In this document: positions 43,897 to 50,961 of the stretch, one piece after another
How the letters are laid out: every line of letters starts with the position of its first letter
Position numbering within the stretch: position 1 is the first letter of the stretch
DNA from: a virus
Lineage: Duplodnaviria > Caudoviricetes
IMG/VR virus record: IMGVR_UViG_3300041809_000337
Span: 1 to 50,961 of that record
Length of the DNA: 50,961 bases
Direction: 5' to 3' (one strand)
Notes under the pieces: model-generated
What the model was told of the DNA's origin: nothing
The model's database searches: none
What the model saw: only the letters and a program-made list of their open reading frames with translations
Made by a program: the position numbers and the translations under genes

Positions 43897-46637
43897 TGGC
43901 TACTCAAACCGTATCGGCTGTAGGCGGAAACTGGAGTTCAAGTGCTACCTGGTTACCTGGAAGTATACCCGCAGCTGGCGATGATGTAGTCCTTAATAGC
44001 AGCTCCGGTAACTTAACTATCGATGTCAACACTGTTGTAGTTCGGTCGTTTATTTGTACTGGCTTCACGGGCACTATTACGCATAACGCAGGAGTAACTT
44101 TAAATCAGGGGGGGGCAACAGCACCAGCCTCAAATATTGCGATAGTTTTTGCAGGAACCTACACAATAGGAAATGCAACCACCTCAGCCATTTCGATTGC
44201 CGACACCTCTGCCGCGATTAACACCTATAACTTCAACGGTGCAACTCTGGGAAATGTAACTATAAATAACGGCACAACAACGACTATGAAGTTAGTGACA
44301 TCCGGCTTTAATACTGGTGCAACAGCTACCGTTACGCATACCCAAGGTGGCCTTAACCTTAACAGCCTAAACTGTTCGTGGGGTTTTTATAGTTCGGCTA
44401 ACTCAAATACGCGTGCGCTTAATCCTGGCACTGCAACTATTACACTTACCGGTGCCGGTGGTACTTCACTTAACTTAAGTCCGGCTACCAATATGACTTA
44501 TACGTCATCTACTGAAACGTGGATTTTGAGCGGATTAGCTCCTGCGGTTGCCATAGCAAGCAATGTTACTTTTGCTACAGGAAGCACGATTGCGTTTACC
44601 GGCGGCGGCGGCGCAGTCATATTTGGTAATAACCAGTTCGGCAATATTACTTACACCGGCACGGCTACCAAAACCTGTAGCCTTACCATCCTATCGTCAC
44701 GAACAAATACCGGTACGCTAACCATTAACGGTAATAGTGCGACCAATCGTGTCCTTTTTGGTGTTAGTCTGGTTGGTTCACAATATACAGTTACCAGCGC
44801 GGCCAATTCATTTTCAAATGTCGATTTTCAAGGCATTACTGGCGCTGGCGCAGCATCTTGGGACGTACATGCTATAACTGGTAACTCTGGTGATTGCGGC
44901 GGTAATTCTGGCCTTATGCTTACTAGTTCCGTACAACAAACCTGGAGTGGCACATCGGGTGGTAACTGGTCGGCAAATGCCTGGACTACACGAGTACCAT
45001 TACCACAAGACGATGTAGTGATTAGCTCGGCTTTTTCAGCCTCTCAAACCATTACATGCGATATGCCGCGTCTCGGCCGCAGTATTAACTGGACGGGGGC
45101 AACAGGCAACCCGACATTTGGCTTTACCGTAACTTCAAACACAATGTATGGGTCACTAACCCTAATTTCCGGCATGACCTACACCGGTAGCGGTGCGCTA
45201 ACATTCGCCCCCAACGGCAGTTATAACTTAACAACCGCTGGGCTAACACTTACCAATGGGCTAACACTTGCTAGTGGTGCTGCCGGAACTTTAACGCTGC
45301 AGGGCAATCTTGTAACTAGTAGCTCGCTGACATTAAACGCCGGCACATTCATCGACAATGGCTATACAGTAACTTCTACTACCGTTTCAGTCACGGGTGC
45401 AACTTTAACTAAAACCGGTAACTGGTCACTTACCTCAACCTCTGCAGCCACTGTTTGGAACTGCACAGCGGGAACGATAAGCGACACGGGCACGACTACT
45501 ATAACGAATGCAAGTACGAATACCAGAACCTTTGCCGGAGGCAGTAAGACTTACGGCACCCTTACCTATACTGTGGCCGGTTCAACTGGTCTACTAATTA
45601 TTACTGGCTCCAACAGTTTTGCGACTATTAATTTTAGTGATGCTAGCAATGCGCGAACTCTACAGTTACCTTTTGGCTCGACAAACACTTTCGGGAGCGG
45701 TTTTAATGTAAACGGCACAAGCGGCAAGCTCATGACCGTTAACTCTAGTTCTGTGGGTAATGCTGCGGCAATTAGCTATAGCGGTACAGGGCCTATAAAC
45801 TGCAACTACTTATTCATACAAGACAGTGCACCGGCGCAAACAAATACTTGGTTTGCGGGTAATAACTCAACGCTTGAATCAAACACCGGCAACTGGATTG
45901 CTGGTACCAGTACCAGTACCAGTCAATCGTCTACCTCTAGCAGTACGTCTCTCTCTACCTCTACTTCTATAAGTTCTACGTCCAGCTCAACATCCCAGTC
46001 CACCTCCACCTCGATTAGTTCCACTAGCAGTAGTACCTCTACCAGCCAGAGCTCTACCTCATCCTCTATTTCCCAGTCGACTTCCACTAGCATCAGCTCA
46101 ACCTCAAGCAGTATATCTACCACTCAAAGTACTTCTACTAGCCAGTCCAGCACTAGCTCATCAATCAGTACGTCTCAATCAACCTCCACCAGCGTGAGTT
46201 CCACATCCAGCAGCACCTCGACCACCCAGTCCACCAGTACTTCACAATCCTCTACCAGCTCGTCTATCAGTACCAGCACTTCCCAGTCCAGTACGTCTAG
46301 CTCTACCTCTACATCCCAATCATCCACTAGTAGTTCTACATCACACAGTACCTCAACTTCCCAAAGTTCTACCAGCAGCAGCACCTCGCAGTCAACTTCT
46401 ACCAGCCAGTCAAGCACTTCCAGTTCCGTATCAACCAGTACTTCCTCTACCAGTTCATCAAGTAGTATTAGTACTTCTTCGACCTCATCCAGTATCAGTA
46501 CAACGGTTAGTTTCACCACTTCGACTTCCAGCACCTCTACAAGCAGTACTTCCAGCTCTACCAGTTCTACTACCACGCTGATTGACTATGGGTTTAAACC
46601 ACGCATAACAAGTCACTGGAGGCTCAAATGGCGTTAG
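43896..46637 (+). CDS. Large beta-helix-like tail spike/adhesin with ~224-aa Ser/Thr tract
   Basis: Two GGNWS..W....P...DDVV modules, autotransporter-passenger-like G/T/N repeats; STSTSQSSTSSS repeats at 45906-46577. Confidence 0.8.
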   Translation: MATQTVSAVGGNWSSSATWLPGSIPAAGDDVVLNSSSGNLTIDVNTVVVRSFICTGFTGTITHNAGVTLNQGGATAPASNIAIVFAGTYTIGNATTSAISIADTSAAINTYNFNGATLGNVTINNGTTTTMKLVTSGFNTGATATVTHTQGGLNLNSLNCSWGFYSSANSNTRALNPGTATITLTGAGGTSLNLSPATNMTYTSSTETWILSGLAPAVAIASNVTFATGSTIAFTGGGGAVIFGNNQFGNITYTGTATKTCSLTILSSRTNTGTLTINGNSATNRVLFGVSLVGSQYTVTSAANSFSNVDFQGITGAGAASWDVHAITGNSGDCGGNSGLMLTSSVQQTWSGTSGGNWSANAWTTRVPLPQDDVVISSAFSASQTITCDMPRLGRSINWTGATGNPTFGFTVTSNTMYGSLTLISGMTYTGSGALTFAPNGSYNLTTAGLTLTNGLTLASGAAGTLTLQGNLVTSSSLTLNAGTFIDNGYTVTSTTVSVTGATLTKTGNWSLTSTSAATVWNCTAGTISDTGTTTITNASTNTRTFAGGSKTYGTLTYTVAGSTGLLIITGSNSFATINFSDASNARTLQLPFGSTNTFGSGFNVNGTSGKLMTVNSSSVGNAAAISYSGTGPINCNYLFIQDSAPAQTNTWFAGNNSTLESNTGNWIAGTSTSTSQSSTSSSTSLSTSTSISSTSSSTSQSTSTSISSTSSSTSTSQSSTSSSISQSTSTSISSTSSSISTTQSTSTSQSSTSSSISTSQSTSTSVSSTSSSTSTTQSTSTSQSSTSSSISTSTSQSSTSSSTSTSQSSTSSSTSHSTSTSQSSTSSSTSQSTSTSQSSTSSSVSTSTSSTSSSSSISTSSTSSSISTTVSFTTSTSSTSTSSTSSSTSSTTTLIDYGFKPRITSHWRLKWR

Positions 46638-46897
46638 ATTCACGAGTTCCGCAGGTTACAGGGAAAGCCCAACCCCATACCGTTACACCTTTAGACGGTT
46701 ATCCGTCATGTCTAGTTGATGACCCTGTTTATACAGTAGATAGTCCTTATGTATTGGTGGGTTCGCCAATCACCCCGATTGGCGACATCAAACTGGCCAC
46801 CTCAACCAATAAGCCTAAAACAACTGGCACTTCCCTGCGGATAAAGAATAAGACAGACACCAACGCCCCGCACATCACAACCCGTATTAGACACTAG
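46628..46897 (+). CDS. Small hypothetical virion protein
   Basis: GGAGG RBS; 89 aa. Confidence 0.6.
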   Translation: MALDSRVPQVTGKAQPHTVTPLDGYPSCLVDDPVYTVDSPYVLVGSPITPIGDIKLATSTNKPKTTGTSLRIKNKTDTNAPHITTRIRH

Positions 46898-46908
46898 TGA
46901 TAGTTTTA
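46895..46908 (+). promoter_or_regulatory. Late motif TAGTGATAGTTTTA
   Basis: 45 nt before ATG 46940. Confidence 0.6.
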
Positions 46909-46939
46909 TATGGGTACGATTTAGTGTATAGATTAAACC

Positions 46940-47749
46940 ATGTCGTTTCCGAGTAGTACTGATTCGTTCACAGGCTTCACTTCAGGTGAAACTTTGCAAG
47001 CTGCTTCCCACGCCGCCCAGTCCAACCAAGAACAAACCGCTATAGTCGCCCTAGAAACTAAGGTGGGTACGGGTGCGTCTACGCCTGTGGCCAGTACGGT
47101 TCTCAGAGGCAACGGCACAGGCACAACGACTTACGACCAAGTACATCTGACCAGTGATGTGAGCGGTGTACTGCCGACAACCAACGGCGGAACCGGCACG
47201 ACCTCAACGACAGGCTCAGGTTCAAACGTCTTCAACACCAACCCGACCCTGACGAACCCAACCATAACTACTCCAACCCTAACCTCTCCTACTTCTACAG
47301 CCTTAAGCAACTCTAGCGGTCTTACTAATACTGGCGGCCTGACTACTGATACACTAGCAGCTTCAGGTGTGGCAACCCTAGCCTCCTTAGTCCTTAATGG
47401 TTCTCTGACTGGTACGGGATTGGTTTCACAAGTTCAGACTTATACTAATACGGGCAGCGCGGGTGGAACGGGTTACTATATAAATCTTGGCGGGATTAAG
47501 ATGTGTTGGGGACAGACTGCTTCTCAATCTAGCCATAATGCTCCAGCCTATAGCATTTACTTTCCAACCAGTTTCTTTACTACCGTACAATCTATTAATT
47601 TAACAGTTAGTTCAGTAGGTACTGACGTTACCCAATTAGTTGTTAATGGTTCTGGTTTAGTGGCAAGTGGAATATCTGCTTACTTTGATAGTGTTTCAAA
47701 CTCAGCTGGTGCTACATTAACGGCAGACTGGTTTGCAATGGGAACTTAA
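46940..47749 (+). CDS. Tail fibre protein
   Basis: FP.S.D N-terminal anchor, AIVALETKVG, LP..NGGTG, C-terminal LGGIKMCWG...FPT.F...W.A.G receptor-binding-like domain. Confidence 0.8.
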   Translation: MSFPSSTDSFTGFTSGETLQAASHAAQSNQEQTAIVALETKVGTGASTPVASTVLRGNGTGTTTYDQVHLTSDVSGVLPTTNGGTGTTSTTGSGSNVFNTNPTLTNPTITTPTLTSPTSTALSNSSGLTNTGGLTTDTLAASGVATLASLVLNGSLTGTGLVSQVQTYTNTGSAGGTGYYINLGGIKMCWGQTASQSSHNAPAYSIYFPTSFFTTVQSINLTVSSVGTDVTQLVVNGSGLVASGISAYFDSVSNSAGATLTADWFAMGT

Positions 47750-47770
47750 AGGACAGCAATAGGAATATAT

Positions 47771-48964
47771 ATGGTAATAAGTACATTTAACCCCGACACA
47801 TCAGACCTAGAAAAGACTTTTCTAGCCCAGTCATATAACTCAGGCGTAACCTCAATCACAGTTAGCAACAACCAACTAATCTCAAATAACAACCGTATCC
47901 AGTTAGGCGAAGCTGGCATGTCCACGACTGAGATAGTCACAGCTGGCACTCCGGCAGCTGACGGGATTACCGTACCTGTCGGGGCTACGCTGTTCTCCCA
48001 CAACGCTGATGACCCAGTCTACATACTCCAGTTCGACCAAGTCCAGTTCTACCGCTCTACAACAGGAGTGAGCGGGGTTTACACGCTAGTAGCCACAGTC
48101 AACCTTGATGTCACTAACGAGGGGCTGGAAACCTCATACAACGACCTGACCTCACAGGCCGGCTACTACTACCAGACAGCCATGTATAACTCAGTCACGA
48201 CTGTCACCAGTGCCTACTCCGACCCACTACCAGCTGTGACAGGCTGGGCTAGAAACCAAGTCGGCTATCTTGTTGACCAGATTTACACCGAGATTACCGA
48301 CCTGACGGAAGACTTGCTCTCTAGGGATGAGATGATTGGCTACTTCAATGAGGTCAATGACGACCTGATGATGGGCGTGGTCAGACCCTACAACTTCTTA
48401 CGCACACGGATAGTCTTACCGAGGGTGGCTGGGGCGAACTCAATCGCCTACCCGTCTAACTTCTGGAAGTTCGACCACATGGACTATAACTTCGTCAACA
48501 ACACCACTAGCCCTGTGACGAACAATACTTACACCGTAGAGGTGGTTGACCTGACTTACTTCCGCAACCGGCATATCACTAACGAGAACGATGTCACCAC
48601 CCAAGACGACACCGTCCAAGAGTTGTGTATCAATGAAACCATGCAGGAGTTCGACTACTATCCTTTCTCCGCCACTAGTTCACCAGCTGTCTGGTATCTT
48701 TACTACTGGCAGACTTTCACTCCGCTGGTCAGCGAGGCGAATATCATCCAGACGCCCACCCCGCGGATTTATAAACTCTACGCCGAGTACAAGTACTACC
48801 TGAAACGCTCGGCCACCAACCCCAACTATATGCAACTCTCCACCAACTACTACCAGCAATACACTATGGAAAAGATGCACATCAAACAGCAAGACCGCAT
48901 AGATGCTGGCACTCCAAGACGCTTTGAGAACGAGGGGTGGGTGCGTAAATCGTATCGGAGATAA
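47771..48964 (+). CDS. Head-tail adaptor protein with N-terminal extension
   Basis: Helical module with YFNE..DDL...RPYNFL, YP.NF.K; position before the nozzle-like gene. Confidence 0.65.
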   Translation: MVISTFNPDTSDLEKTFLAQSYNSGVTSITVSNNQLISNNNRIQLGEAGMSTTEIVTAGTPAADGITVPVGATLFSHNADDPVYILQFDQVQFYRSTTGVSGVYTLVATVNLDVTNEGLETSYNDLTSQAGYYYQTAMYNSVTTVTSAYSDPLPAVTGWARNQVGYLVDQIYTEITDLTEDLLSRDEMIGYFNEVNDDLMMGVVRPYNFLRTRIVLPRVAGANSIAYPSNFWKFDHMDYNFVNNTTSPVTNNTYTVEVVDLTYFRNRHITNENDVTTQDDTVQELCINETMQEFDYYPFSATSSPAVWYLYYWQTFTPLVSEANIIQTPTPRIYKLYAEYKYYLKRSATNPNYMQLSTNYYQQYTMEKMHIKQQDRIDAGTPRRFENEGWVRKSYRR

Positions 48965-48969
48965 TTTAA

Positions 48970-50961
48970 ATGCCCAGACCAGGCCAGAACTCCTTTAACC
49001 TACTTGACCTATCGGGTGGTCTTCAGACTGCCACTTCCCACCTGCTCAAGAAACGCATGGAAGTCTATAACTCGTATAACGCTGCTTATAATATCCGTAT
49101 TGGGGCGGCGGCACGCAGGTTGGGTTACGAACAGCTAGGCCAGACAGTCCAATATGGTAATGATTCGCTTTACGGAGGGATTTTTAATTATGGCTCGAAC
49201 AATAACCGTATCTTTGCTGGTGTTAATAATGCTAGTGGTTCTAACGCTACTCTTAATTTTCTGGATTCGGGGGGTTCATGGACTCCTGTTATCACTAACG
49301 CTCCCGCCAATACCCGCTTCCAGTGTCTGAGTTATCTTGACCAGTTCTATGTGGCCGGTAAATCTCCTGGTAATCAGTACTTCCCGCTGACTACGATTAA
49401 CTCGCAGATGGTAGCCGATAATACCTCGAACGCTTCCAATGTCTTAGGCGCACCGCCCTGCAAGTTTATCGCCCAGTACGCTGGTCAGCTCTATGCTATC
49501 AACTGCAAGATTGGCAACAACAACTATCCCGACAGGATGTATATCTCCTCACCGGCTATGGATGTGGTCACGCAGGTGCAGACTGCGGTCAACGGTTGGA
49601 CAACCCAGATACACGTTGACTCCGTCCACTACCTGAAAGTCGGTATGACTATCGACATCTACGGCGCACTCACCCAGAACCAAGAAGTATCAGCTCTCCA
49701 GATTACCTATGTGGATAAAGTCAATAATATGATTGGCTTCTCAGGGCAGGTAATTAACGTCAATATCAATGACGAGGTGTGGATAAGTGGGCGGTTCGGC
49801 CAGCTGACGACCCTGTGGAATACCGACTACCCGACTCCCCAGACTTCCGACTGGATTAGGATTCCGACAGGACTGGATGAAAACCCAGAGTTCATTGGCT
49901 GGATTGTCAATAACAACCGGCTGTTCCTGTTCTCTAAGAATACATTCTTTAAATGGGATGGCTCGAACTTTACCCAGCTTGCGCCCTCAGTGGGTTGCGT
50001 GTCGCATGAAACTATCTGCAATATCGGCTCGTGGACGCTGTGGCTGCACACCACCGGCGTCTGGGGCTATAATGACACCACCGGCCAGCTGAAGATGATA
50101 TCACGGGCTATCGGGCCGCTTATTAAACTGATTAACCCGACTAACCTTGCCCACGCCTCAGCGGTGATTTCCAACCGGACGTATAAACTAGCTGTTTCCC
50201 AACTGATGAGTTCGACTACTAACACGACCTCGACGTCCACCAGCTCCACCTCCACCAGCTCGACCAGCTTTTCCACCAGTTCCACTTCCACGTCCAGCAC
50301 CTCAACCAGCACGGTTACGGGTACGACAACTTCCACTAGTTCCACTTCATCTTCTACATCGAGCACAAGTACCAGTTCCACTTCTGTAAGTTCTACCAGC
50401 TCAAGCACTTCGATTAGTTCGACCAGTACTTCGACTACGGTTTCTACTACGACCACCCAACCCACTACTAAACAATGTATCCGCTTCTGTTATGAGTTCG
50501 ATATGAACATCTGGTGGCAAGAAGTCCACAACCGTGAGATGCGCTTCCAGTTCATGCACGCTATGAACGGCTTTACCAAACCTTACTTCACAGACGAGAA
50601 CGGTATGGTGTTCCGTGACGAGGTCGGCAACACTGACGCCGGTCTGTCAATCCCCATGACCGTGGAGTTCGGCCGGACTAACTGCGGTATAGAGCAGCAG
50701 AAAATCTTTGACGCTGTGCAGATAGACTCCGAAAAAACTAGGACAGGTCTGATGCAGTACTCGCTAGACGGTGGCGACTGGCGGACGCTGGGGCAGATTG
50801 ACAAGGACATCACCACCATGGTCTTTCCGCAGAAGAAGCCTGAACTCAGTACTGGACACGACATCAATATCCGCTTCACCCACAACAACTCCGGCGACCA
50901 GCCACTGTTTAACGGGCTGACCTTATACTTCGACAACTACGAGTCAATTGTCGGAGAGTTG
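48970..50961 (+). CDS. Tail nozzle/DNA stabilisation protein (beta-propeller type), 3'-truncated, with internal Ser/Thr tract; absent from ORF track
   Basis: ATG 48970; DLSGGL, RRLGY, R.Y.S, GCVS..TI motifs; frame still open at 50961 (664 codons); S/T insert at 50209-50469. Confidence 0.8.
   Translation, partial: MPRPGQNSFNLLDLSGGLQTATSHLLKKRMEVYNSYNAAYNIRIGAAARRLGYEQLGQTVQYGNDSLYGGIFNYGSNNNRIFAGVNNASGSNATLNFLDSGGSWTPVITNAPANTRFQCLSYLDQFYVAGKSPGNQYFPLTTINSQMVADNTSNASNVLGAPPCKFIAQYAGQLYAINCKIGNNNYPDRMYISSPAMDVVTQVQTAVNGWTTQIHVDSVHYLKVGMTIDIYGALTQNQEVSALQITYVDKVNNMIGFSGQVINVNINDEVWISGRFGQLTTLWNTDYPTPQTSDWIRIPTGLDENPEFIGWIVNNNRLFLFSKNTFFKWDGSNFTQLAPSVGCVSHETICNIGSWTLWLHTTGVWGYNDTTGQLKMISRAIGPLIKLINPTNLAHASAVISNRTYKLAVSQLMSSTTNTTSTSTSSTSTSSTSFSTSSTSTSSTSTSTVTGTTTSTSSTSSSTSSTSTSSTSVSSTSSSTSISSTSTSTTVSTTTTQPTTKQCIRFCYEFDMNIWWQEVHNREMRFQFMHAMNGFTKPYFTDENGMVFRDEVGNTDAGLSIPMTVEFGRTNCGIEQQKIFDAVQIDSEKTRTGLMQYSLDGGDWRTLGQIDKDITTMVFPQKKPELSTGHDINIRFTHNNSGDQPLFNGLTLYFDNYESIVGEL

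Noticed and set aside
45923-46576. Minus-strand Val/Glu/Leu ORFs (also 50067-50465)
   Set aside because: Antisense shadows of the Ser/Thr tracts
1-50961. Terminal repeat, integrase/att sites, tRNA or rRNA genes
   Set aside because: The ends fall in two different genes with no overlap seen; no integrase motif or tRNA cloverleaf recognised by eye (tRNAscan not run)

Overview
This window is a near-complete, circularly permuted genome of a tailed dsDNA phage with podovirus-like organisation. It is probably lytic, since I recognised no integrase or repressor. The rightward late arm runs from 20.3 kb to the end and continues at 1-10.4 kb. It encodes TerS, TerL, portal, scaffold and a Mu-gpT-like major capsid gene interrupted by a group I intron carrying a LAGLIDADG endonuclease. 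It also carries an ~11.5 kb glycan-synthesis cluster (8 glycosyltransferase-like genes, 2 methyltransferases, a deacetylase-like gene and an NDP-sugar dehydrogenase-HNH fusion), tail/adaptor proteins, three ejection-like proteins, small basic proteins and a GH25 lysis module. The leftward early arm (10.5-19.8 kb) has NinG, a PD-(D/E)XK exonuclease, KGG-motif proteins and many small ORFs, but no recognisable replication gene. Most notable observations: (1) a candidate virion O-glycosylation system, with the GT cluster embedded among three structural proteins that carry mucin-like Ser/Thr tracts; (2) a ~260-nt structured RNA plus a small partner RNA beside a DnaA box, a candidate RNA-based origin; (3) a capsid intron that appears to end in A rather than G; (4) HNH cassettes that duplicate the 5' end of their target gene, one antisense and bounded by inverted repeats; (5) a TAGTGATA(C/G)T motif fixed 44-45 nt upstream of late start codons; (6) apparent ATA and ATC start codons. 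A Saccharibacteria/CPR host is inferred only tentatively. All functional calls come from motif recognition by eye; no searches were run.
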